A stretch of DNA of 64,000 bases from Planctomycetota bacterium (GTDB lineage Bacteria; Planctomycetota; UBA8108; SXIK01): the NCBI GenBank assembly GCA_965223265.1, contig OZ244999.1:6240001-6304000 (forward strand), given 5' to 3'. Shown piece after piece: positions 1-8,887 of the stretch (position 1 is its first letter; each line of letters begins with the position of its first letter). The notes under the pieces are model-generated. The model saw nothing but the letters and a program-made list of their open reading frames with translations. It made no database searches and was not told the origin of the DNA. A program made the translations under genes and the position numbers.

Positions 1-66
1 ATCGAGGTAAAACAGGAATGCCACGGCAGCGATGAGGACCGCGCCGATCACGATTCTCGTCTTCAT
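1..66 (-). CDS. cdsA: Phosphatidate cytidylyltransferase, N-terminal fragment (runs off window)
   Basis: Minus strand from ATG at 66 reads MKTRIVIGAVLIAAVAFLFYLD, a typical hydrophobic CdsA N-terminus; lies directly downstream of uppS (conserved uppS-cdsA order). Confidence 0.6.
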   Translation of the reverse strand, partial: MKTRIVIGAVLIAAVAFLFYLD

Positions 67-162
67 ACCCCAGACGACCCCGGAGTTGCCCGTCGACTCG
101 TGCTGAACCAGCTCTCAAGAACCATCATGAATTCGCTGCCACCATGAGTTCGCCGTCCACGT

Positions 163-969
163 TCAATCGCGACGAGTTCGAGCAGAACCCGACTTGGCGC
201 CGTCGCCGACGGCACCGTACTTGCGCTCTCGCGAGACGTAAGACTCCAAGGCCTGTTCAAAATCGACGACCTCGAACTCGGGCCACAGTGCATCAGTGGT
301 CCAGATCTCTGTATACGAACACTGCCAGAGAAGAAAGTTCGATAGACGAAACTCTCCAGCCGTGCGAATCAGCAAATCTGGATCCGTCATCGAAGGGTCG
401 TAAAAGTAGCGGCCGAAATCGTCTTCTCTCAGCTGGCGCGCAGCTTCGCAAGTGAGCTCTCCGGCACTGATCGCTGCGGCGACCCGCCCCACCGCACGCA
501 GGATCTCCTGGCGTGAGCCGTAGTTCAGCGCCAGGCGCAGCACCATCCCTTGATTCTGCGACGTCAGGCGCTCCGACTCCCGTAGTTCGGAAACCACACC
601 GGGCTCCAACGCGTCGACGTCGCCGATCGACTTCAACCGAATGCCATTCTCCATCATCTCGCCACGTTCGCCGACGAGGTAACGCCGCAACAGCCGCATC
701 AGAAAGCCGATCTCACTCGGTGGGCGGCGTTCGAAATTCTCCGTCGAGAGTGCGTAGAACGTCACCTCTTCGATGCCCAACCTGCGGGCGCAGCGCGTGA
801 TGCGGCGCAGAGAATCAGCGCCCTTCTCATGTCCTTTGAGGCGAATCAGGCCACGCCGGTTGGCCCAGCGTCCGTTGCCGTCCATGATGAACGCGACATG
901 ACGCGGCAGATCCTCCCGGCGCCACCGCTCGAGGTCGGGCGAGGCCGAAGAATTCGCTCGTTGGGTCAC
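163..969 (-). CDS. uppS: Undecaprenyl diphosphate synthase (isoprenyl transferase)
   Basis: Motifs PRHVAFIMDGNGRWA, YALSTENF, ALNYGSRQEI, DLLIRTAGEFRLSNFLLWQ; GTG start at 969 overlaps the purA stop (GTGA). Confidence 0.95.
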   Translation of the reverse strand: MTQRANSSASPDLERWRREDLPRHVAFIMDGNGRWANRRGLIRLKGHEKGADSLRRITRCARRLGIEEVTFYALSTENFERRPPSEIGFLMRLLRRYLVGERGEMMENGIRLKSIGDVDALEPGVVSELRESERLTSQNQGMVLRLALNYGSRQEILRAVGRVAAAISAGELTCEAARQLREDDFGRYFYDPSMTDPDLLIRTAGEFRLSNFLLWQCSYTEIWTTDALWPEFEVVDFEQALESYVSRERKYGAVGDGAKSGSARTRRD

Positions 970-2315
970 TTCGAACGAGGCTCCAAGCGTTTCTGACGTG
1001 AGCGCGCCCCACCCGTCGTCGGGTGGAGCCACGGGTCGAACGAAACAAGCTCTGAACGCTCCTGGCCGACGGAAACCATCGCGATCGGACAATCGGTCAC
1101 GTCCGCCAAGTACTGAAGGTATGCCATCGCGCCGCGTGGCAAGTCCGTCGGCTTCCTACACTTCACCGTACTGGCTTGCCACCCAGAGATCGTTTGGTAG
1201 CAGGGCGATACACCTGTGCGCAGTTCGGTCGGAAAACGATCGACGCGCCCACTGCCGTTGAGCTCGTAGCTGGTCGCCACCTTGATCTCTTCGAGGTCGT
1301 CCAAGACGTCGAGTTTGGTGATGACAAGAGCATCGACGTCACCCACTTCGATGGCATATCGAAGGGCAACAGTGTCAACCCAACCGCACCGCCGCGGTCG
1401 CCCGGTCGTGGCGCCAAACTCACCGCCCGTTTGACGAAGCTGTTCTCCGATCCCGCCCTCGATCTCGGTGGGAAACGGCCCCTCGCCGACGCGAGTCGAA
1501 TAGGCCTTGGCGATCCCCAGAACCGTGCCGACCTCTCGCGGCGAAAACCCCGTGCCTGGGCCGAGGCCGAGGAAGGAGGTGTTCGACGAAGTGACGTAGG
1601 GGTACGTTCCCAGATCGAGATCCAAAAGCACCCCCTGTGCGCCCTCGAACAGAATCCGCGCGCCTTGTCGATGTTTCTCCCACAAAGCTTGGGAAAGGTC
1701 GCGGACGAGCGGCTTGAGTCGTTGGCCATACTCCGTGTACTCGTCAACAAGAGCGTCGACCTCGAGCGCCTCTTCGCCGTAGATCTGGGTGATCTCCGCG
1801 TTCTTCTGGTCGAGGCAGGCTTTGAGTCGTTCGTGCAGTCGATCCGGATCGATCAAGTCCAGCATCCGAATCCCCTGGCGTGCGGTCTTGTCGGCGTAGC
1901 ACGGACCAATGCCGCGCAGCGTCGTCCCGATCTTGCTCGCCTCGCACGCGGCCTCGCGCGCGGCGTCGAGAACTCTGTGATAAGGCAACACGACGTGGGC
2001 GCGTTCGCTGATCCAGACGTTTGCTTCGTGATCGATGCCGGCGGTGGCGAGACCGTCAAGCTCCTCAATCAGCGCCCGCGGGTCGACGACGACACCGTTA
2101 CCAAGGGCACAGATGGTACCTTCCTGAAGAATCCCGGATGGGATCAGGTGGAACACGTACTGCTGATCGCCGATCTTCACCGTGTGGCCAGCATTCGCCC
2201 CACCTTGGTAGCGGACGACAACATCAAAGTCGTGCGTCAGGGCGTCGACGATCTTCCCTTTGCCTTCGTCGCCCCATTGGATTCCAACCACACAGAGGTG
2301 CTTGCTCGCGCTCAT
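966..2315 (-). CDS. purA: Adenylosuccinate synthetase
   Basis: QWGDEGKGK, GGANAGHT, EGAQG, GTYPYVTSS, GATTGRPRRCGW, TKLDVLD. Confidence 0.97.
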   Translation of the reverse strand: MSASKHLCVVGIQWGDEGKGKIVDALTHDFDVVVRYQGGANAGHTVKIGDQQYVFHLIPSGILQEGTICALGNGVVVDPRALIEELDGLATAGIDHEANVWISERAHVVLPYHRVLDAAREAACEASKIGTTLRGIGPCYADKTARQGIRMLDLIDPDRLHERLKACLDQKNAEITQIYGEEALEVDALVDEYTEYGQRLKPLVRDLSQALWEKHRQGARILFEGAQGVLLDLDLGTYPYVTSSNTSFLGLGPGTGFSPREVGTVLGIAKAYSTRVGEGPFPTEIEGGIGEQLRQTGGEFGATTGRPRRCGWVDTVALRYAIEVGDVDALVITKLDVLDDLEEIKVATSYELNGSGRVDRFPTELRTGVSPCYQTISGWQASTVKCRKPTDLPRGAMAYLQYLADVTDCPIAMVSVGQERSELVSFDPWLHPTTGGARSRQKRLEPRSK

Positions 2316-2473
2316 GTCAACTCGTCAAATCCTGCCATCCGGTGAAACAGAAATAGTCCCTCGCAACGCTCTCTGAAAAGGCTCTTTCGTCGGCTCCGCA
2401 CGCTTCGAGAATCGGACCCGGGAGTGGGCGCGAAGACCCGGTCTCTCGGTCGAATCGACTCTGCAGACGCTCG

Positions 2474-3655
2474 TTAGCCGAGCTGAGTCGCCAAGAGCGG
2501 CTTCTGATCACGGATCATCCTCGCATACTGGTCGAACAAAAGCGTGAAGTCGTTCGGGCCCGGTGCGGACTCCGGGTGAAACTGCACAGTGAAGAGCGGC
2601 AACTCTTCGTGATAGATGCCCTCAAGCGAACCGTCATTGAGGTTGACGAAGTAGGGCTTTGTCTTGCTGTCGAGAGACTCCGGCCGGATCGCGTAACAAT
2701 GGTTCTGCACAGAGATCTCGACTTTCCCGTTGAGCAAATTCTTCACCGGGTGGTTGCCACCGTGGTGACCGAACCTCAGCTTGTACGCCTCTGCGCCGAG
2801 GGCAAGTGAGGTCAACTGATGTCCAAGGCAAATGCCAAAGAGGGGGTAGCGCCCGATCAGCTTGCGCACAGTTTCGATGGCGTAGGGAAGCCCCTCTGGA
2901 TCTCCTGGTCCGTTGGAAAGAAAGACACCGTCCGGCTCCAGCCCTTCCACGTCCTCCACGGTCGCGTGCGCCGGTAGAACGTGAACCTCAAATCCCATCT
3001 CGCACAGAATGCGGAGAATGTTGAATTTGATCCCAAAATCAAACGCGACGATCTTGAGACCACTCCCCAACGCTTCAGCGTCGCAGTTGGCACGGAAGCA
3101 ATTGGCGAATGGCGTTGTGAATCCCTGCCGCCACTGATCCAACCGCGAGCAAGTCACCTCTGACACCATGTCAACGCCGTCGAGGCCGCTCCACGCCTTC
3201 GCCTTTTCGATCAGTGCGGCGTCAGACGCGAGATCGTCACCACACGCGACGACGCCCTTGAGTGACCCGGAGACGCGAATCAGTTTGGTCAAGGCTCTGG
3301 TGTCAACGCCCGCGATCCCGACGATACCGAATTTCTCCAGGTACTCGTCGAGCGGTCCGCGCGAACGGAAATTCGATGGCCTGCGGCTCAGTTCACGAAC
3401 AATCACGCCGCGCACGAACGGCCGGAATGACTCCTCGTCGTCGGGATTGATGCCGTAGTTTCCGATGAGCGGATTCGTCATAACGACCATTTGGCCGTTG
3501 TACGAAGGATCGGTGAAAATCTCCTGATAGCCGGTCAGCGAGGTGTTGAAGACCACTTCGCCCACCGACTCACCGGCCGCACCGATGCTCTCGCCATGGA
3601 GGACGGTGCCATCTTCGAGCGCAATCTTTGCGGGTGGTCTGGCCTTGTGGGGCAT
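2474..3655 (-). CDS. carA: Carbamoyl-phosphate synthase small subunit
   Basis: GEVVFNTSLTGYQE, TDPSY, SNGPGDP, GICLGHQ, QFHPES. Confidence 0.96.
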   Translation of the reverse strand: MPHKARPPAKIALEDGTVLHGESIGAAGESVGEVVFNTSLTGYQEIFTDPSYNGQMVVMTNPLIGNYGINPDDEESFRPFVRGVIVRELSRRPSNFRSRGPLDEYLEKFGIVGIAGVDTRALTKLIRVSGSLKGVVACGDDLASDAALIEKAKAWSGLDGVDMVSEVTCSRLDQWRQGFTTPFANCFRANCDAEALGSGLKIVAFDFGIKFNILRILCEMGFEVHVLPAHATVEDVEGLEPDGVFLSNGPGDPEGLPYAIETVRKLIGRYPLFGICLGHQLTSLALGAEAYKLRFGHHGGNHPVKNLLNGKVEISVQNHCYAIRPESLDSKTKPYFVNLNDGSLEGIYHEELPLFTVQFHPESAPGPNDFTLLFDQYARMIRDQKPLLATQLG

Positions 3656-3771
3656 GTGCTAGTTCTTTTCGTGATTCTGCGTCACTGCGTCGCGGCGCAT
3701 ATTATGGGCCGCACCGTGAGTGTTTTCCAGGAAGAAGCCCGCGGCCGAACGCTGACTCGAATGACGTCCAA

Positions 3772-5055
3772 TCAAGCCCCCTTGGGCTCGATGAACTCTC
3801 GACCGCCAAGGTATTTGCGGAGGACCTCAGGGATCCTGACGCGACCGTCAGCGAGCTGGTGATTTTCGAGCAGTGCGATCAAGACGCGCGGACTGGCGAT
3901 CGCGGTATTGTTGAGAGTATGGCAAAAGCGCACAGTGCCGGAGTCGTCGCGATAGCGCAGATTGAGACGGCGCGATTGGTAGTCGTAGAACCGCGACGCG
4001 CTGTGCGTCTCGCCATAGCCGCCACGTGACGGCATCCATGTCTCGATGTCGTACTTCTGAATCTGCGGCACGCCAAGATCGCCACCGCACACGTTGACAA
4101 CACGGTACGGAAGGTCCAACGCTTGCAGGATATTCTCCGCGTTCTCAAGGATGAATTGATGAAAACGCTTCGACTCCTCGACGTCGTTCTTGCAAACAAT
4201 GACCTGCTCGACTTTTGAGAACTGGTGGATCCGATAGAGTCCTTTCGTGTCACGCCCTGCAGCACCCGCTTCGCGCCGATAGCACGAAGAGTAGCCGGCG
4301 TAGAGTTTGGGGAGATCCGCCGCCGCCAGCATCTCGTCGCCGTGGTAGGCGGTCACCGGAACCTCGGACGTCCCGACGAGGTAGAGATCGTCGAGCTCGC
4401 ACTTGTACGCTTGGTCCTCGCCACCTGGAAAGTATGCCGTGCCGACGAGCGCGTCGCGCCGCACAAGTGTCGGCACAACCATCGGCGTGAACCCGATCTC
4501 GACTAGGCGCTCGAGTGTGAACTGCAGAACCGCCAACTCTAGCAGCGCTCCCTCATTCTTGAGCAGATACATGCGCGAGCCGGAGAGCTTTGCAGCGCGC
4601 TTCATGTCGATGAGATCGAGCTCTTCGCCGATCGTCAGATGGTCACGCGGCTCGAAATCGAATTTCGGTGGCTCGCCCCACTTCTTCAGCTCGACGTTGT
4701 CCGCGTCGTCGACGCCCTCGGGGACGTCAGGATCGGGTACGTTCGGGATACGAAGCAGCAGTTCGGACACTTCGGCTTCCACCTCGCCCAAGCGCACGTC
4801 GAGGCTCTTACGCCGCGCCGAAATCTCCTTCATCTTGGCGCCGAGCGTCGCCTTCTCTGGACCACTCAGCTGAGCGATTTCCTTGCCGGTCCGATTCTGT
4901 TCGGCCTTGAGCTCGTCGCGCTCTCGGACCACCGCGCGGCGTTCGTCATCGAGCGCGACGAAACGGTCGATGTCGTCATCGAGCGGCATGCGCTTCTTTC
5001 GCGCACCGGCCTTGACGGCATCCGGATCCTGCCGAATTTTCTTGGGGTCGAGCAT
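3772..5055 (-). CDS. serS: Serine--tRNA ligase
   Basis: MLDPKKIR start (ATG 5055), N-terminal coiled coil, GTSEVP, CYRREAG, RIHQFSKVE, HTLNNT. Confidence 0.96.
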   Translation of the reverse strand: MLDPKKIRQDPDAVKAGARKKRMPLDDDIDRFVALDDERRAVVRERDELKAEQNRTGKEIAQLSGPEKATLGAKMKEISARRKSLDVRLGEVEAEVSELLLRIPNVPDPDVPEGVDDADNVELKKWGEPPKFDFEPRDHLTIGEELDLIDMKRAAKLSGSRMYLLKNEGALLELAVLQFTLERLVEIGFTPMVVPTLVRRDALVGTAYFPGGEDQAYKCELDDLYLVGTSEVPVTAYHGDEMLAAADLPKLYAGYSSCYRREAGAAGRDTKGLYRIHQFSKVEQVIVCKNDVEESKRFHQFILENAENILQALDLPYRVVNVCGGDLGVPQIQKYDIETWMPSRGGYGETHSASRFYDYQSRRLNLRYRDDSGTVRFCHTLNNTAIASPRVLIALLENHQLADGRVRIPEVLRKYLGGREFIEPKGA

Positions 5056-5446
5056 GGCGGCCTCGGCGGTTGAGATTGCTGCATTTGACCGCACAGCTCA
5101 CCGCTGAGGCGCGACAGCGCCAGGGCGAGAAAAGCCAGTCAAACGCGCAGAACATAGTCCGCGGCCGATGACAACTCAAGACCTTTCTTGCGGGGCTCGC
5201 ACCCCCTGATTCCGACGCTCTCACGGGGCAGCGGGAGGCGCCGAAACGATCGCTGCCAAAAGGTTCGACGTCCGAGTCCAGGCTCAACGCGGCACGAAGA
5301 GCCGCGGGAAGAGCAGCCGTCCGCTGAGGGTGCGCGGCGCGTTCGTCCTCGCTCTCGTTTCGAACAGGAACCGCGCTCGACGAGTTGAGCCCTCTCGTGT
5401 CGAGCCTGGAAGCACCAGGCAGCCGCGCACCGAGCAAATTCGACCG

Positions 5447-6406
5447 TCAGACCAGAGTCATCGTGGCACCACTCTCGACACGCCTCTCCTCGCGGACACG
5501 GGGAGGACGAACCGTCAGTACCGGCACGGACGCTTGCCGCACGAACTTCTCGGCGACGCTGCCCAAGACCAGATGCTGAAAACCGGTCCAGCCGTGCGTG
5601 GAAATCATGGCGAGCTGGTAGCCGCCGTTCGCGGCGAGCCGCAAGATCTCGCTCGCCGGCGCCCCCTCGCCGATGAGAAACTCCGCGTCGACTCCTGGCA
5701 GTTCTTGCCGTCGAAGGCGCTCAAACTCCTCGTGCGCCCGGTCTGGGGCTTCAAAGAAAGCCTGCCTAACGGCGTGGTTGCCGAACGCTGCGGGCAGACG
5801 CCCGACAGTGTACGGAATCGGCGGCAAAACGTGAAAAAACGTGAACTGGCACCCGTACTCTCGCGCCCACAGTCGGACTGCCGGAAACACGGCTCGCGCC
5901 TGCTCCGAAAAATCGATCGGCACCAAGACGCGCTGACAGTGTCGCGGGAACTCCGTCGCGCCGCTCTTCGGGCAGACCAAGACGGGTACCGTGAGGACTC
6001 TCAACAGCTTCTCGGCGAAGCTCCCCAAGATGCAGTGACCAAGGCCGGTCCGGCCGTGCGTAGCAATCACCGCGAGATCGATGCTCTCTTCGTGAGCGAG
6101 ACGATTGAGCTCACCTTGCGGCGACCGGCCGCAAACGAGGCGCGGCGTTGCATTCGCCGCGCGCAGATCTGGGCGCTCTGCAGCTTCTCGAGTCAGTCGG
6201 CGCTCAAGATCATCGAGGTAGGCATCTTTCGGCACGTCGGTCACGACGCCTTCAAGGTTCATGTAGTAGAAAGGTGGCAGCGATTCCGCCGCATGGACAA
6301 CGTAAAGCTCGGCGCCAAAGCGTCCCGCAAGCTCGCCGGCGGGACCGTACGCGGTCGACGCAAGCTCCGAGAAGTCGGTCGTCACCATGACTCTGTTCAG
6401 TTCCAT
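5447..6406 (-). CDS. Tandem-domain universal stress protein
   Basis: Two USP domains (VMVTTDFS...ATHGRTGLGHCILGSFAEKL; VLVPIDFS...STHGWTGFQHLVLGSVAEKFVR); ATG 6406 with GAGGAGG RBS. Confidence 0.9.
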   Translation of the reverse strand: MELNRVMVTTDFSELASTAYGPAGELAGRFGAELYVVHAAESLPPFYYMNLEGVVTDVPKDAYLDDLERRLTREAAERPDLRAANATPRLVCGRSPQGELNRLAHEESIDLAVIATHGRTGLGHCILGSFAEKLLRVLTVPVLVCPKSGATEFPRHCQRVLVPIDFSEQARAVFPAVRLWAREYGCQFTFFHVLPPIPYTVGRLPAAFGNHAVRQAFFEAPDRAHEEFERLRRQELPGVDAEFLIGEGAPASEILRLAANGGYQLAMISTHGWTGFQHLVLGSVAEKFVRQASVPVLTVRPPRVREERRVESGATMTLV

Positions 6407-6473
6407 CGGTACCTCCTCTAACAGCCCTTTGAAGGAGTCATACGGCTGGGAAACCGGCCCCTTCACGCCCAGA

Positions 6474-6974
6474 TCAGCGCCCAGCGCCGTGGCCGTAGAA
6501 CTCTCCGTAGAAGTCGGGGTTTTCGAGCAGGCGGAGCAAGTCGAAGCTGGACAGCACCCCGATCGGACAACCGTCTTCGACAACAATGACACGGTGGATG
6601 CGCTGCATTCGCATCATCTGGACGACACTTCTCAGTGCGTCATACGGCGCCACGTAACGAACCTTGCGCTGCATAGTGTCACGTGCGGTGGAGTGGAAAA
6701 ACTCCTCTTCGAGCCGCTGTGCCCTATCGCTCGCCGACGCGGTCTTGCCATCCGCGGAGACCCCCGTTAGCGCATGCGACATACGACGCACGAGATCGGT
6801 CTGCGAGATTTCACCGACGAGGAATCCTCGATCATCGACGACCGGGACGCCCGAAATATCGTTCGCGGCCAGTACCTTGTTGACCTCACCTAGGGGAGTC
6901 GCCTCGTGAACTGAAACGACGCGATCGCGCTGAAGAACGTCGCTCACGCGCAGTCGTGTGACATTGGAAACCAT
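6474..6974 (-). CDS. CBS-pair domain protein
   Basis: ISGVPVVDDRGFLVGEISQTDL and IHRVIVVEDGCPIGVLSSFDLL. Confidence 0.9.
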   Translation of the reverse strand: MVSNVTRLRVSDVLQRDRVVSVHEATPLGEVNKVLAANDISGVPVVDDRGFLVGEISQTDLVRRMSHALTGVSADGKTASASDRAQRLEEEFFHSTARDTMQRKVRYVAPYDALRSVVQMMRMQRIHRVIVVEDGCPIGVLSSFDLLRLLENPDFYGEFYGHGAGR

Positions 6975-7091
6975 TGTCCGTTTCTCCGTGAGTCTCTGAG
7001 GCCGACGACGGCTTGTTCATCGTCAGCCAGCCTTCGGGGTCCTGCTCTCAACCGAACTGCGTTCACCGGCCTGGAAGTGTTCATAGGTCCC

Positions 7092-7135
7092 GTAAGGGCA
7101 GACGGGTAAGGGACAGACAAGTAAGAGACAGACAG
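7092..7135. repeat. Three imperfect 14-15 bp tandem repeats
   Basis: GTAAGGGCAGACGG / GTAAGGGACAGACAA / GTAAGAGACAGACAG read directly from the sequence. Confidence 0.75.
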
Positions 7136-7149
7136 CAAACAAGGTTCCA
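7134..7149 (-). promoter_or_regulatory. Sigma54 (-24/-12) promoter for the CBS-USP operon
   Basis: Minus strand TGGAACCTTGTTTGCT: GG-N10-GC spacing, one mismatch to TGGCAC-N5-TTGCW; a sigma54 activator is encoded next door. Confidence 0.75.
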
Positions 7150-7190
7150 CGCATGGATGCGGAGGCTGAATTTGCCGCAGGCGGATTCAA

Positions 7191-7367
7191 CAGCCTGTTG
7201 AAAGAGTGCTTCGAGCTGAAGACTCGTCGCTTCGCGTCCAGATCAGCCGCGGGGAAAGCAGGTAATCTCCGAGCCCTCTTCTACAAGACATACACGGCGG
7301 GGCTCGCCGCGGCTGATCTGGGCGTTAGAGGCGGGTTCGTCAGCCGAACGACTTTTTCAACGGGCTG
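7191..7367. mobile_element. 177-bp MITE-like non-autonomous element
   Basis: Terminal inverted repeats CAGCCTGTTGAAAGAGT / ACTTTTTCAACGGGCTG (15/17 match), internal inverted repeat 7235-7252 vs 7307-7324 (17/18), flanking 4-bp direct repeat TCAA (7187-7190, 7368-7371). Confidence 0.75.
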
Positions 7368-7436
7368 TCAAGCCTGAACGGGCGTTTCAAGACGCGGCGA
7401 GTTCCCGGATCAACCGGTGCTTCGACGTGCACCCCG

Positions 7437-7474
7437 GTGCGGATTTCTTCGCACTGCGGATAAAAATCCCGCAC
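7437..7474. promoter_or_regulatory. Putative tandem upstream activator (enhancer) sites for the sigma54 activator
   Basis: Two adjacent pseudo-palindromes GTGCGGATTTCTTCGCAC and TGCGGATAAAAATCCCGCAC (TGCG-AT-rich-CGCA), the form typical of NtrC/AtoC-family sites. Confidence 0.55.
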
Positions 7475-7504
7475 TGAATTCGCGCCTCGCGCCGGGCGCC
7501 AGAC

Positions 7505-8887
7505 TCACTCGTCGCCGGCTCGCGTGAGGCCGAACTTCTCGATGCGGTAACGGACCTGGTCTCGGTTGAGACCGAGCATCCGGCCAGCTTTGGTCTGGTT
7601 GCCCTTGGAAAGCTGCAGCGCTTGGCGCACGAGGTCCTTCTCGAGCTCTTCAAGGTTCACTCCATCGCGCGTGATCTGCAGACGGCCCGAACCCGCAGCC
7701 GCGTCGGCAGGCGAGTCGTCGAAAAGGTCGAGCGGTAAGTCGCTGCCGTCGAGCACCGGTCCACGACTCAGAATCATCGCACGCTCGATCGTGTTGCGCA
7801 GTTCGCGGATGTTTCCCGGCCAGTGATACTCCTGCAAGCGCCTCATGAGATCCGAACCGATCTTTTCGACGTTCTTCTTGAACTCGACGTTGTAGTGCGC
7901 GACGAAGTGCTCCACTAGACCGGGTATGTCGTCGTGTCGTTCACGCAGCGGCGGCAGGTGAATGGGAATCACTTTCAGGCGAAAATAGAGATCTTCCCGG
8001 AATTTGTTGTCGCGAACTAGCTGCTTCAGATTCCGATTCGTCGCGGCAATGACGCGCAGACTCACACGGTGATCACGATCGCCGCCAACGCGCCGAAACG
8101 TCTTCTCCTCGAGAAACCTAAGGATCTTCCCCTGCAGATACATACTCATGTCACCGATTTCGTCGAGAAAGAGGGTGCCGCCGTCAGCAAGTTCGACCAG
8201 GCCTTTCTTCTGTGTGCGCGCATCGGTGAACGCCCCTTTTTCGTGCCCGAAGAGCTCAGATTCAAGCAAAGTCTCGGGCAAAGCCGTGCACGTCACGTTC
8301 ATGTAAGGACCATCGCGCCGCGGGCTGTTGCGGTGGACATAGCGCGCCAACACGTCCTTCCCGGTCCCGCTCTCGCCCTCGATCAGAATGGTGGAATCGC
8401 CTGAGTCGAGAATGCGATCGACGAGAGCGAAAACCTTGCGAATCGCTGGCGAATTGCCGACGAAACCATCACCTCCGTTTCGTTCGCCAGCGCTCCTGAG
8501 GCGCATCAACTCGCGACGCATCCGGCTGTTTTCTAGGACTTTCGAGAGTCGCAGGAGGATGTCCTCGTTGCGAAACGGCTTGGCGACATAGTCGCTCGCG
8601 CCGGCTTTCATGGCATCGACCGCGTTCTCGACGTTCGAGTGCGCCGTGATCACGACTACCGGCACCGCAGCCAAGTGCTCTGCATGATCTCGAAGGAGAT
8701 CGAGTCCCGTCATGTCGGGGAGTTTGTAGTCGAGGAGGACCGCGTCGAACTCCTGCTCGCGGAGCGCCTGGAGTGCTTCCTCACCGCTCGCGGCTTCGCT
8801 CGCTTCGTACCCCGCCTGCTGGAGGCACTCGCGGAGCGTCCAGCGAATCAGTTTCTCGTCGTCGACAACCAGAACACTTTCGGTCAT
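7505..8887 (-). CDS. Sigma54-dependent response regulator (NtrC/AtoC family)
   Basis: Receiver domain ([15 protein letters not shown]), [32 protein letters not shown]-terminal Fis-type HTH. Confidence 0.95.
   Translation of the reverse strand: MTESVLVVDDEKLIRWTLRECLQQAGYEASEAASGEEALQALREQEFDAVLLDYKLPDMTGLDLLRDHAEHLAAVPVVVITAHSNVENAVDAMKAGASDYVAKPFRNEDILLRLSKVLENSRMRRELMRLRSAGERNGGDGFVGNSPAIRKVFALVDRILDSGDSTILIEGESGTGKDVLARYVHRNSPRRDGPYMNVTCTALPETLLESELFGHEKGAFTDARTQKKGLVELADGGTLFLDEIGDMSMYLQGKILRFLEEKTFRRVGGDRDHRVSLRVIAATNRNLKQLVRDNKFREDLYFRLKVIPIHLPPLRERHDDIPGLVEHFVAHYNVEFKKNVEKIGSDLMRRLQEYHWPGNIRELRNTIERAMILSRGPVLDGSDLPLDLFDDSPADAAAGSGRLQITRDGVNLEELEKDLVRQALQLSKGNQTKAGRMLGLNRDQVRYRIEKFGLTRAGDE

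Noticed and set aside
1176-2345. Long plus-strand ORF antisense to purA (and similar ones at 5330-6421, 8639-9679, 36330-37304, 45665-46768, 59726-60718)
   Set aside because: Shadow ORFs of high-GC coding strands; no motifs, and each overlaps a confidently assigned gene
2357-2475. Possible degenerate inverted-repeat element between carA and purA
   Set aside because: End similarity is too weak and no target duplication was found
5056-5446. GC-rich hairpins upstream of serS (T-box or ncRNA?)
   Set aside because: No T-box, riboswitch or tRNA consensus recognised; short stems are expected at this GC content
7092-7135. Repeats as a mini-CRISPR array
   Set aside because: Units are 14-15 bp with no spacers, and there are no cas genes
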